DNA of 64,000 nt. Source: Victivallales bacterium. Its GTDB lineage: Bacteria; Verrucomicrobiota; Lentisphaeria; Victivallales; SZUA-371. Under the pieces are notes generated by a model. That model worked only from the letters and a program-made list of their open reading frames with translations, had not been told where the DNA came from and did not search any database. The position numbers and the translations under genes are program-made. Position 1 is the first letter of the stretch, and each line of letters starts with the position of its first letter. Positions 45,829 through 55,528 of the stretch are shown piece after piece. Location of the stretch: the NCBI GenBank assembly GCA_016936495.1, contig JAFGXT010000014.1, positions 27,035-91,034 of the forward strand, written 5' to 3'.

Positions 45829-48393
45829 ATGAATAATATCCAACTTTTCAACATCGCTCCGAATATTCCGGAGGAATTGCGCTTTCTCGAAACGCTGTCA
45901 TTCAATATGTGGTGGTGCTGGCACTTTGACGCTATTGACCTGTTTCGGCGTATCAACCCAACGCTGTGGAAAAAAGTAAACGGCAACACCAGAGCTTTCA
46001 TCAGCATGATTCCGCAGGCGGAACTGGAAAGTCTCGCCAATAACAGCGGCTTTATCAGGCATTTGAAACGCGTACAGTATTCCTTCGAACGCGACGTTAC
46101 CAAACTTAATGAAAGAAGCGAAGCTCATAAACTTGAGAATCGCAATATAGTATATTTCTCTCTTGAATACGGTATTCATGAAAGCGTACGTCTCTTTTCC
46201 GGCGGTCTCGGAGTGCTCTCCGGAGATCATTTGAAAGCCGCTTCAGACTTGAGAGTACCTATAGTTGCTGTCGGTCTCCTGTATCGTCAGGGCTATTTCA
46301 GGCAGTTTCTGGATCATAGCGGCTGGCAGAATGAGCGCTATCCCGAAAATGAATTGCACCTTATGCCCGTGAAAAGGGTTTTGGATAAGAATAAAAATCC
46401 TCTGATGGTCTCCCTTAAACTTTTGGATAAAACTCTGTACGCGGCGGTATGGAAGCTGGAAGTAGGCAATGTGCCGCTGATTCTGCTGGATACCGAGATA
46501 CCCGAAAATCCGCCGGAATTTCAGGAAATAACCTGGCGGCTTTATGGCGGCGACAAGCGTATGCGCCTGCATCAGGAGCTGCTGCTGGGGATAGGCGGTT
46601 ATAACGCGCTTATTCAGATGGGTATAGAACCTGCCGTATGTCATATGAATGAGGGACATGCCGCCTTCATGAATGTCGCAAGACTTGCGCACCTGGTCAA
46701 TGGCATGGGACTGGAGCCGGATGTGGCGGTGGAAATAGTGTGGCGTTCAAATATCTTTACGACTCATACCCCGGTACCCGCAGGTAACGAGGTCTTTGAT
46801 GTTGCTCTGGTCAGACCTTATCTGGAAGCGCTCAAGGATGATCTCTGCGTCAGTGTCGAACGCTTTATCAACTGGGGTGTGCCGATCAATATGCGTAATA
46901 AATCCAGTGAACTGTGCATGACCATACTGGGACTGAGGATGTCCAATTACAGCAATGGCGTCAGTAAACTGCATGGCAAAGTCGCACGGGAGATGTGGCA
47001 GCATCTGTGGCCCACCCGCCCGCTTGACGAGATTCCAATAGAACATATCACCAATGGTGTGCATCTGGCGTCATGGATTGCCGAACGTAATAAGATCATC
47101 ATGGATCATTACCTTAATCCCGACTGGCTGGAAAGTCCGGTGGATGAAGCGACGGTCAATTCCATTGATAATATTCCGGATGAAGAACTGTGGTACTCTC
47201 ATGAAATGTGCCGCCAGGGACTTATACGTTATGCCCGCCAGTGCTATAAAAAGCATCTCCGGTTCAGAAAGAACTCTATCCAAAGCTCTTTCAAAACTAA
47301 AAATATTCTTACTGAAGATATTCTTACCGTCGGATTTGCCCGTCGGTTCGCCACCTATAAGCGCGCTACCTTACTGTTGCGCGATCGCGATCGGCTTAAG
47401 GCTCTTCTGACTGATCCCAGCCGTCCGGTGCAGATTATCTTTGCCGGCAAGGCGCATCCCGCCGATGACGCGGGCAAAAGCTTTATCCAGCAGATAGTTC
47501 AGTTCGCGGAAAGCGAAGATCTTTCACATCGCCTGGTGTTTCTCGAAGATTATGACATCGGACTCGCCAGATCCATGGTTCAGGGCGTTGACGTATGGCT
47601 GAATACTCCGGAACGCCCGCAGGAGGCAAGCGGTACTTCAGGTATGAAAGCCGCCATCAATGGTGTGCTTAATTGCAGTATCCTTGACGGCTGGTGGGAT
47701 GAAGCTTATGCCGACTTCAAGAATGTCGGCTGGGAAATCGCCAGCGGCGAATCTTTTGACAATGCAGAAGATCGTGATAACGTTGAAGCTCAGGTGCTTT
47801 TCAATCTGATCGAAAATGAGATCATTCCCTGCTTCTATGACCGCAGTGAGAATGATATTCCTTACCGCTGGGTAAGGATGATGAAAGAATCCATAAAAAT
47901 GGGTATAAGTGCCTTCTCCAGCCGTAGAATGGTGGAGGAATACAATCGGAAATTCTATGTGCCAGCATTGAAATACCACGATGAGCTTATTGCTGATAAC
48001 GCGGCTTTGGCAAGACAGGTGGTCAAAGAGAAAAATCGTTACATCGAGCATCTTGATTCGGTTAAAATCAAACAGCCGGTGGTTGACAATGAGATGGTTA
48101 ACGTTCATGTCGGCGATGTATTCAAGGTTTCCACCGAGGTGTTCCTGGGCGAACTCAAGCCGGAAGAGGTTGATGTTGAAGTCTACTATGGCCCGGTTGA
48201 TGTTCAGAACAATATCATGTCCAGTAATGTCAAAGTCATGAAGAAACTTGAGGATCTCGGCAAGGGATTTTACCGTTACGGCTATGACATCACTTGTGTT
48301 GACCCCGGCAGATTCGGGCTTACCGCGCGGGTTACGCCGAAGGGGCATAGCTGGGATAACAGTGTGCCCGGATTTATGCGCTGGGCGGAATAA
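45829..48393 (+). CDS. glgP: Alpha-glucan (glycogen) phosphorylase, GT35
   Basis: 854 aa. GGLGVLSGDHLKAASDL, the EASGTSGMKAAINGV pyridoxal-phosphate Lys region, and a DUF3417-type N-terminus. Confidence 0.9.
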   Translation: MNNIQLFNIAPNIPEELRFLETLSFNMWWCWHFDAIDLFRRINPTLWKKVNGNTRAFISMIPQAELESLANNSGFIRHLKRVQYSFERDVTKLNERSEAHKLENRNIVYFSLEYGIHESVRLFSGGLGVLSGDHLKAASDLRVPIVAVGLLYRQGYFRQFLDHSGWQNERYPENELHLMPVKRVLDKNKNPLMVSLKLLDKTLYAAVWKLEVGNVPLILLDTEIPENPPEFQEITWRLYGGDKRMRLHQELLLGIGGYNALIQMGIEPAVCHMNEGHAAFMNVARLAHLVNGMGLEPDVAVEIVWRSNIFTTHTPVPAGNEVFDVALVRPYLEALKDDLCVSVERFINWGVPINMRNKSSELCMTILGLRMSNYSNGVSKLHGKVAREMWQHLWPTRPLDEIPIEHITNGVHLASWIAERNKIIMDHYLNPDWLESPVDEATVNSIDNIPDEELWYSHEMCRQGLIRYARQCYKKHLRFRKNSIQSSFKTKNILTEDILTVGFARRFATYKRATLLLRDRDRLKALLTDPSRPVQIIFAGKAHPADDAGKSFIQQIVQFAESEDLSHRLVFLEDYDIGLARSMVQGVDVWLNTPERPQEASGTSGMKAAINGVLNCSILDGWWDEAYADFKNVGWEIASGESFDNAEDRDNVEAQVLFNLIENEIIPCFYDRSENDIPYRWVRMMKESIKMGISAFSSRRMVEEYNRKFYVPALKYHDELIADNAALARQVVKEKNRYIEHLDSVKIKQPVVDNEMVNVHVGDVFKVSTEVFLGELKPEEVDVEVYYGPVDVQNNIMSSNVKVMKKLEDLGKGFYRYGYDITCVDPGRFGLTARVTPKGHSWDNSVPGFMRWAE

Positions 48394-48399
48394 ATTATG

Positions 48400-48437
48400 A
48401 TGCCCGGAGCTTCCAGCTCCGGGCATTTTGAATTTTT
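48400..48437 (+). terminator. Intrinsic terminator after glgP
   Basis: Perfect 12-bp stem atgcccggagct/agctccgggcat with a 3-nt loop (48400-48426), followed by tttgaattttt. Confidence 0.75.
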
Positions 48438-48529
48438 CCGTCCCTAAGAAGTTGTGCTTGTTAATCTTTGCGGGTGTTGACCCGTTGTTCGCGAGAAGTA
48501 TGAATTGCTCAGGAAATTAAAGGGAAAAA

Positions 48530-50050
48530 ATGATTAGTCACAGAAAAGGAAAGAAGAATCCTAAAGTTCTCATTGTTACTCCGGAAATTACATACTTGCC
48601 TGATGGCATGGGGAATATGTCCAACCGCTTGAAAGCCAAAGCTGGGGGGCTTGCGGATGTATCCGCGTCGTTGGTGTCGGCTCTTTACCGCCTCGGAGCG
48701 GACGTGCATGTGGCGTTGCCGCATTACCGCAGGATGTTCAATATCGATGTCGGCAGGCTTATCAACAGCGAACTTAGAGTGTATCTTAGCAATCTTTCCA
48801 ATAAACGCGTACATTTGGCGGAAGATCGTGCCTTTTACTATCGCGATACCGTTTACAGTAATTATTCCGAAGACAGTTTTAAGTTTGCTCTGGCTTTCCA
48901 GCGTGAAGTGATAAACAACATCATACCCTCGGTGAACCCCGATCTTATCCATTGTAATGACTGGATGACCGGGTTGATTCCGGCGCATGCCAGACGTTTG
49001 GGAATACCGTGTTTGTTCACTTTGCATAATATTCATACTCAGAAGCTTTCACTGGAATATATCGAAGACCGTGGTATTGACGGCGCAGAATTTTGGGAAT
49101 ATCTTTACTTTGAGCGTCCGCCGGCGAATTATGAGGAGAGCCGCTCGCATAATGCGGTGGATCTGCTTACCAGCGGGATTTTTGCGTCGCACTTTATCAA
49201 TACGGTCAGCCCGACTTTCCTGAAAGAAATATGTGATGGAATGCATGATTTCATCCCCGCGCATATTAGAAACGAGATCATCGCCAAGAATGTTTCCGGT
49301 TGTGCCTGCGGGATACTTAACGCCCCTGATGATTCCATGGATCCGGCGATCGACCGTAAAATATTCTGCAATTATAATTATGAAAAGCCTTTGCTCGCTA
49401 AGCGCAAGAACAAGGAAGAATTTCAGCGCCGTACCGGTCTGCGTGTAGACCCCAAGGCGCCAATCCTGTTCTGGCCTTCAAGACTTGATCCCGTACAAAA
49501 GGGTTGCCAGTTGCTGGCGGAAGTAATGTATCATGTGGTGAGCAAATATTGGAAGGAAGGCTTGCAGATCGCCATTGTCGCCAACGGTTCGGCTCAGAAT
49601 TGGTTTCATGATATTGCGCGTTTTCATGACATGTATGACCGGGTGGCGGTATGCGATTTTGATGAAAAGCTCTCGCATCTCGGCTATGCCGCTTGCGATT
49701 TTATGCTTATGCCGTCGCTGTTTGAACCCTGCGGTCTGCCGCAGATGGTCAGTCCCATATATGGAACTCTGCCAATAGTTACCGATACCGGCGGACTTCA
49801 TGACACCGTGCGGCATCTGGATGTTGAAAACAATACCGGCAACGGCTTTGTCTTCAAAACCTATGATTCCGGCGGTCTGAGCTGGGCGATCGATCAGGCG
49901 ATGCGTTTTTACAAGCTGCCTCAAAATCGTAAAGAGGCACAGATAAGCCGCATAATGCAGGAATCCAAAGCCGAGTTCACGCATGAGAACACCGCACATA
50001 AATATATCGATATTTATGAGAATATGCTGTGCCGTCCGCTCGTTCGCTGA
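48530..50050 (+). CDS. glgA: Glycogen synthase (GT5)
   Basis: KVLIVTPEITYL...KAGGLADVSASL N-terminal motif and PSLFEPCGLPQM C-terminal motif. Confidence 0.9.
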   Translation: MISHRKGKKNPKVLIVTPEITYLPDGMGNMSNRLKAKAGGLADVSASLVSALYRLGADVHVALPHYRRMFNIDVGRLINSELRVYLSNLSNKRVHLAEDRAFYYRDTVYSNYSEDSFKFALAFQREVINNIIPSVNPDLIHCNDWMTGLIPAHARRLGIPCLFTLHNIHTQKLSLEYIEDRGIDGAEFWEYLYFERPPANYEESRSHNAVDLLTSGIFASHFINTVSPTFLKEICDGMHDFIPAHIRNEIIAKNVSGCACGILNAPDDSMDPAIDRKIFCNYNYEKPLLAKRKNKEEFQRRTGLRVDPKAPILFWPSRLDPVQKGCQLLAEVMYHVVSKYWKEGLQIAIVANGSAQNWFHDIARFHDMYDRVAVCDFDEKLSHLGYAACDFMLMPSLFEPCGLPQMVSPIYGTLPIVTDTGGLHDTVRHLDVENNTGNGFVFKTYDSGGLSWAIDQAMRFYKLPQNRKEAQISRIMQESKAEFTHENTAHKYIDIYENMLCRPLVR

Positions 50051-50092
50051 GTTTGTATTCCATTCCGATAACCCAACGGAGAAAAGTGCATC

Positions 50093-52135
50093 GTGAAAGC
50101 ACATAAAGCTAATGTTACCAAACCTTTGGACGCGGATGCGTATCTGCGTCCGTTTATGGATAAGATCGCGGCGCGACAGGCTCGTGCCGAAGAGACCGAA
50201 AAAAGACTTACCGGAGGAAATGTCAGTTTAGAAGATTTTGCTTCCGGTCATGAATACTTTGGCTTGCATTTTTCCGGCAGTTACTGGATATTCCGGGAAT
50301 GGGCTCCGAATGCCAGCGCGATGTTTCTGGTCGGGGATTTCTCCGGTTGGAAAGAGTTGCCGCAATTTTGTGTCGAGCGCCTTGAGGACAAGAACGGCGT
50401 GTGGGAATTACGTATCCAGCGCGACATCCTGAAACATGGAATGCATTATAAACTCAAAGTGTATTGGGATGGCGGTTCCGGGTATCGAATACCATCGTAT
50501 GCGCGACGGGTGGTGCAGGATGACGCCAGCAAGATATTTTCCGCACAGGTTTGGAAACCGCGAAAAAACTATGTCTGGAAAAATAATTCTCCAAAGGGTA
50601 AGTCTGAATCAATTTTTATCTACGAATCTCATGTGGGCATGGGGCAGGAAGACGCCCGGGTCGGAACTTATAGCGAGTTTAAGGACAAGGTTTTACCGCG
50701 TGTCAAGGCAGGTGGTTATGATACTGTTCAGATAATGGCGACCATGGAGCATCCGTATTACGGTTCTTTCGGCTATCATGTGTCGAGCTTTTTCGCGGCG
50801 TCATCGCGTTTCGGTACGCCGGAGGAGCTTAAGGAACTGGTGGATACAGCTCATGGTATGGGCTTGAGAGTGATTATCGATCTGGTTCATTCTCACGCGG
50901 TCAAAAATGAAGTCGAAGGGCTGGGACGCTTTGACGGTACGGTGTATCAATATTTTCATGAAGGTGGCAGGGGAGTGCACTCGGCATGGGATTCATATTG
51001 CTTTAACTATTCCAAGCCGGAGGTATTGCATTTTCTGCTGTCCAACTGCCGTTTCTGGCTGGATGAATATCATGTTGACGGTTTCCGTTTCGACGGTGTT
51101 ACAAGTATGCTTTATCTGCATCATGGTCTGGGCGGTTCGTTCGGTTCGTATCATGATTATTTTACCGATATGGTCGATGAGGACGCTGTAACTTATCTTA
51201 CTCTGGCAAACAAGCTTATCCATAGTGTCCGCAAGGACGCCGTAACGGTGGCGGAAGACGTCAGCGGTATGCCCGGACTGGGAGCTCCGGTGGAGCAGGG
51301 CGGTTGCGGTTTTGATTACCGTCTGGCTATGGGGGTTACTGATTACTGGTTCAAGCTTTTTGATCAGAAAGATGAGGACTGGAGTATGTCTGGACTGTGG
51401 CATGAGCTCACCAACCGCAGGCAGGATGAAAAAACCATAAGTTATGTTGAATGCCATGATCAGTCCATTGTCGGCGGCAAGACTATGGCGTTCACTCTGA
51501 TGGACGCGGATATGTATTATTGCATGCATAAAGATTCTCAGAATATGACTATAGACCGGGGAATGGCACTGCATAAGATGGCGCGGCTGATAACTGCCGC
51601 CACCGGTTCCAACGGGTATCTCAATTTCATGGGTAACGAGTTCGGGCATCCGGAATGGGTGGACTTCCCGCGTGAAGGCAACGGCTGGTCATATCATTAT
51701 GCCCGCAGGCAGTGGAGTCTGGCGACGCATCCGGATCTGCGCTATCAGTACCTTGACCGTTTCGACAGGGATATGATGGCGCTTATCGGTGGACACGATA
51801 TTGTGAATAAAGCATGTGTTCAGAAATTATACGTGCATGATGAACAGAAAGTTATAGCCTTTGAACGCGGTGGATTATTTTTCTTCTTTAACTTTAATCC
51901 TTTCACGTCCTTCACCGATTTCCCGGTGGAGACGTTGCCCGGAGAATATCGTCTGGTGCTGGATACCGATGGCGCCGCTTACGGTGGACATCAGCGCATC
52001 CAGCCGGAACAGACCTTTTTTACGATTCCGCGCGGGGATCAACGGCATTTGCATCATTATTTGCATTTGTATCTGCCCGCGAGAAGCGCCATGGTGCTGG
52101 AACGCGTATCAAAGAAATTCAGTGAAACAAAGTAA
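50093..52135 (+). CDS. glgB: 1,4-alpha-glucan branching enzyme (about 680 aa, short GH13_8-like type)
   Basis: GH13 regions VIIDLVHSHA, GFRFDGVTSM, AEDVSG and CHDQS. The GTG start at 50093 lies 10 nt after GGAGA. Confidence 0.9.
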   Translation: MKAHKANVTKPLDADAYLRPFMDKIAARQARAEETEKRLTGGNVSLEDFASGHEYFGLHFSGSYWIFREWAPNASAMFLVGDFSGWKELPQFCVERLEDKNGVWELRIQRDILKHGMHYKLKVYWDGGSGYRIPSYARRVVQDDASKIFSAQVWKPRKNYVWKNNSPKGKSESIFIYESHVGMGQEDARVGTYSEFKDKVLPRVKAGGYDTVQIMATMEHPYYGSFGYHVSSFFAASSRFGTPEELKELVDTAHGMGLRVIIDLVHSHAVKNEVEGLGRFDGTVYQYFHEGGRGVHSAWDSYCFNYSKPEVLHFLLSNCRFWLDEYHVDGFRFDGVTSMLYLHHGLGGSFGSYHDYFTDMVDEDAVTYLTLANKLIHSVRKDAVTVAEDVSGMPGLGAPVEQGGCGFDYRLAMGVTDYWFKLFDQKDEDWSMSGLWHELTNRRQDEKTISYVECHDQSIVGGKTMAFTLMDADMYYCMHKDSQNMTIDRGMALHKMARLITAATGSNGYLNFMGNEFGHPEWVDFPREGNGWSYHYARRQWSLATHPDLRYQYLDRFDRDMMALIGGHDIVNKACVQKLYVHDEQKVIAFERGGLFFFFNFNPFTSFTDFPVETLPGEYRLVLDTDGAAYGGHQRIQPEQTFFTIPRGDQRHLHHYLHLYLPARSAMVLERVSKKFSETK

Positions 52136-52233
52136 TACGGATTTGATTTTTCCGCTTATAAAGTTACTCTATAGTGAACAGGAAATATCGCGCGGGCGAT
52201 TATAATATTTATAGAAATCAGGAGTAACTTGTT

Positions 52234-53463
52234 ATGGCTGAAGTTTTAGCGTTTCACGGTCTGTTGCCTGTCCCCGAAGTGGTGGAAAAGGTTGCGGCGG
52301 TACCTTATGATGTGGTCGATTCTGAAGAAGCCGCTGTTTTGGCGGAAGGCAATCCTCTGAGCTTCCTGCGCGTCTCGCGTCCGGAAATCGAGCTTGAGCC
52401 GGGCGTTGACCTTTACAGTGATCCGGTCTACGCGAAAGCGGCTGCCAATTTCAAACGTTTGTGCGAACAGGCTCCGCTGAAGCTTGACGCGGGCAGGCAT
52501 CTTTATGTGTATTCGCTTAAGATGGGCGATCATACTCAGGTGGGCGTCATCGGTGCGGCTTCCGCCGCGGATTATGATAAGGATATTATCAAAAAACACG
52601 AGAAGACACGTCAGGATAAAGAGGATGACCGTACCCGCCACGTGGTGACTTTGCGTTCTCATACCGGTCCGGTCTTCCTTACTTATAAAGACGATGCGAA
52701 GATTGATGGCATTGTCAATTCCGTGATGGCGGCTGACGCTCTGTTTGATTTCACCGCTCCCGATGGCATTGTCCATAAACTGTGGCGGGTGGATGAAGCT
52801 CTCAGCGCGGAACTTTCCGCATTGTTTGCCGATGTCCCGTATCTTTATGTTGCCGACGGGCATCACCGTGCTAAAGCCGCCTCCAGAACCGCCGAATATA
52901 TGCGCGAACATAATCCGGCGCATACCGGTAAAGAGGAATATAATTATTTTCTGTCTGTGATTTTTCCCGGTTCCCAGCTCAAAATATTGCCCTATAACCG
53001 GGTGGTTCAGGATTTGAACGGCTGCGACGCCGCATGCTTTATGAAAGAGCTAGAAGCAAAGTTCGAGATCAGCGCCGATGGAGAAAAGATTCCCGCGGAA
53101 TACGGCAGCATATGTATGTATATCGACGGTCAGTGGTATACGCTGAAACCCCGGTTTGACATTGCTTCTCTCGGCGTTATCGAAAAGCTTGACGTGAGCA
53201 TCCTTCAGGATAATGTCCTGGCTCCGATGTTGGGCATTGACGATCCGCGCACCAGCAAACGTATACATTTTGTCGGCGGTATCCGTGGAACCGGCGAACT
53301 GGAGAAACTGGTCGATTCCGGTAAATACGCGGTCGCGTTTTCAATGTATCCTACCACCGTGGAGCAGATGATGGATATTGCCGACGCGGGTGCTATCATG
53401 CCGCCGAAATCCACTTGGTTCGAGCCTAAGCTTCGCGACGGTCTGGTCAGTCATAACTTTTGA
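52234..53463 (+). CDS. DUF1015 family protein
   Basis: 409 aa. HEKTRQDKEDDRTRH and YVADGHHRAKA blocks are characteristic of DUF1015. Last gene of the glycogen cluster. Confidence 0.85.
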   Translation: MAEVLAFHGLLPVPEVVEKVAAVPYDVVDSEEAAVLAEGNPLSFLRVSRPEIELEPGVDLYSDPVYAKAAANFKRLCEQAPLKLDAGRHLYVYSLKMGDHTQVGVIGAASAADYDKDIIKKHEKTRQDKEDDRTRHVVTLRSHTGPVFLTYKDDAKIDGIVNSVMAADALFDFTAPDGIVHKLWRVDEALSAELSALFADVPYLYVADGHHRAKAASRTAEYMREHNPAHTGKEEYNYFLSVIFPGSQLKILPYNRVVQDLNGCDAACFMKELEAKFEISADGEKIPAEYGSICMYIDGQWYTLKPRFDIASLGVIEKLDVSILQDNVLAPMLGIDDPRTSKRIHFVGGIRGTGELEKLVDSGKYAVAFSMYPTTVEQMMDIADAGAIMPPKSTWFEPKLRDGLVSHNF

Positions 53464-53726
53464 AGAATATAATGATAAGAGAGCTGCCTTCCACTCATAT
53501 AAAATTGCTGAGCATCTTGTGGATGCTCGGTCCTCAGCGCATCAGTAATTTGCGTACTATGCTTTCGCGCATAGTCTCTGAATTATTGCCGGAACCGTGG
53601 AGGAAAGAGTTATTGAACTCCATGCCCGCAAACGGGAAATGGCCGAAGAAATACTCGAAGGCGCGGAAAAAACCAGATTGTCAAAAGACGAACTAATGCA
53701 GCTTTTCCAGTAGATACTCCCCCCGG

Positions 53727-53756
53727 TTTTTGTGTCCTTTTGTGTGTTTTGTGGAC
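53727..53756 (+). repeat. TG/CA-rich intergenic element, copy D (best copy)
   Basis: tttttgtgtccttttgtgtgttttgtggac. Its reverse complement gtccacaaaacacacaaaaggacacaaaaa matches copies A, B and C. Confidence 0.6.
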
Positions 53757-53997
53757 TTTCTGAATTGCGCGGGATAGAAAGTACGGTATATTATTTGTAT
53801 ATTCAACTTATAAAGGGGTCAAACTAGAATAAATAAAAAGATAAATTTCTAAAATCATATAAAAGTCATTGATAGTGGCTTTCAGCAAACGTTTCTGTAT
53901 GGAAAATCACCAATTTTTACCGGAGAAACGATGTTGAGAGTGGCTCTCGCATTATATAAACTCGGGGGAGAGTTGTATTTTCCCGATTATATATTTT

Positions 53998-54074
53998 GCG
54001 GGAGTTCTTTCTGCATTCTTCCGTGGGCATGGTGAAGCCTCTGTTGTGTGTGGAAAGGCTCCCGCTCTTTTTTT
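53998..54074 (+). terminator. Terminator-like long hairpin with a T-run in the leader of the 54141 gene
   Basis: gcgggag-ttctttc (53998-54011) pairs with ggaaagg-ctcccgc (54052-54065) and is followed by tcttttttt. It lies 66 nt upstream of the next start codon. Confidence 0.35.
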
Positions 54075-54140
54075 ATGCGGATACTTTTCGCTTGACGTTT
54101 GTTTTAACAAATACAACAAACAAAAACGGAGGAAAGTATC

Positions 54141-54554
54141 ATGCACAAGAGCACTCATTCATTTATCATGCATTATCTTATGGAGTTCTCCCACATCGAG
54201 ATCGACCACTTTGAAAAAGCATCGGACGACCATCAATTCAAGTGCCACCTGAACATCGGCGAAGGACAAAACCGCGTCAGAATCATCCTGCAATATCTGG
54301 GTTTCGGCGAAGACGATTCGTGGATAGCGTCCAGCGGCGTAATCGGCTTATTCAATACTCATTCCGACCTGATACACAAACTTGATTATCTGCATTCCAA
54401 CACCGTGCCATCCTACGCTCTGACCTTGGACAAACACAGCCGCGTCATAAGCCTGACCCGCTCCATGCGCATGAAAAACCTTGATTTAAAAGCCATGCAC
54501 GAGCTCACCTCCGGTCTGGCGGAAATGATATTAGACCTGAAATCGTCATCGTGA
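54141..54554 (+). CDS. Hypothetical 137-aa acidic protein (faint resemblance to the CesT/YbjN-type chaperone fold)
   Basis: Good RBS (GGAGGAAAG 5 nt upstream) and coding-like composition. I recognise no family motif. Size and the alternating hydrophobic pattern are the only basis for the fold comment. Confidence 0.5.
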   Translation: MHKSTHSFIMHYLMEFSHIEIDHFEKASDDHQFKCHLNIGEGQNRVRIILQYLGFGEDDSWIASSGVIGLFNTHSDLIHKLDYLHSNTVPSYALTLDKHSRVISLTRSMRMKNLDLKAMHELTSGLAEMILDLKSSS

Positions 54555-55028
54555 ATTGGACAATTAGAGAACTGGGCTTTCGGTAAAGGTTTCGTTGCAG
54601 AGTCGGTGGCAGTGCTCTTTGAACTCGTAGCGAGCGGGTCATGAGGGAAAGATCGTTCCGGTATAAATTACTTATTGTTTTCCGTTAAACGAAAAAACAA
54701 ACTTCAGGCTTAACTCAATTTGGATGTTCGACGCCAAAGTCCATGACCTGACATTTTCTCCTCTAATATGAGGTTGACGATCTTTTGAACAAATCCGATG
54801 GGTCTGACAATTCCGACAGAATGCTCCGGCAAACACTGCTGGTCTCATCCAAAAGAGCAAGCATCACTCTTTATTGTTTATATTTATATTTCGTCAATTG
54901 AAAAAATTAATCGTTTTTCTTGGGGGTGATGATTGAAGAGGGGTATTTTTTTTTCAATTATCTGCTATAATAATGTTTGGCAGTGCCTTTTATTACCTGA
55001 AAACAATTTAAAACAAAGGGAAACGGGA

Positions 55029-55463
55029 ATGAAGAAAGCAATGGCGTTGTTACTGGTGTGTGGAATGGGGTTAGCAGTGTTTGCGGAAAATGACAATGCG
55101 AAACAGAAGCAGGAATGGAAAAAGAAAGGTGAGGAGTTCCAAAAAAACAAAGCTGAAGCCTTGAAGAAACATGCAGAAAAGATGATGCAGAAAATTAAAG
55201 AAATTGATCCTGCGAAATACGAAGAGTTGTCAAAAATTAAAGACCCTAAAGAGCAACTTAAGGCTGGTTTTGCTTGTCTTGAAAACATGAAACTGGAAAA
55301 GATAAAAAGCATCGACGCCAATAAATACAATGAATTGCAGAAATTGAAGGCTTCTGATCCGAAAGCTTATGCTAAAGCTGTAAATCAAGAGTTTAGGAAG
55401 ATAAAGCAGAGCGCAGCCAAAGCAAGAAAAGAAAAAGCTCAGGAAAAGAAAGCCAAAAAATAA
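55029..55463 (+). CDS. Secreted Lys-rich repeat protein
   Basis: Signal peptide MKKAMALLLVCGMGLAVFA. Internal repeat KIKEIDPAKYEELSKIK / KIKSIDANKYNELQKLK, with a highly K/E-rich sequence. ATG 55029 is preferred to the track start TTG 54933. Confidence 0.55.
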   Translation: MKKAMALLLVCGMGLAVFAENDNAKQKQEWKKKGEEFQKNKAEALKKHAEKMMQKIKEIDPAKYEELSKIKDPKEQLKAGFACLENMKLEKIKSIDANKYNELQKLKASDPKAYAKAVNQEFRKIKQSAAKARKEKAQEKKAKK

Positions 55464-55488
55464 TTTCTGAAAGAGCTTGATTTTATAT

Positions 55489-55528
55489 TGCGCCGCCAGG
55501 ATTATGTCATCCGCGGCGCATTTTTTTT
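55489..55528 (+). terminator. Intrinsic terminator
   Basis: tgcgccgc (55489-55496) pairs with gcggcgca (55513-55520) and is followed by a T8 run. Confidence 0.75.

Noticed and set aside
45594-46103. 169-aa minus-strand ORF spanning the CBM48/glgP intergenic region and the glgP start
   Set aside because: It overlaps the well-supported glgP N-terminus in antisense and has no motif or RBS. The intergenic part does contain a bulged 13-bp hairpin (about 45591-45640), but no T-run follows it, so I did not call a terminator.
53417-53426. ggttcgagcc, a tRNA T-arm-like decamer
   Set aside because: It lies inside the DUF1015 coding frame, and no acceptor or anticodon stems can be drawn around it. No tRNA was found anywhere in the window.
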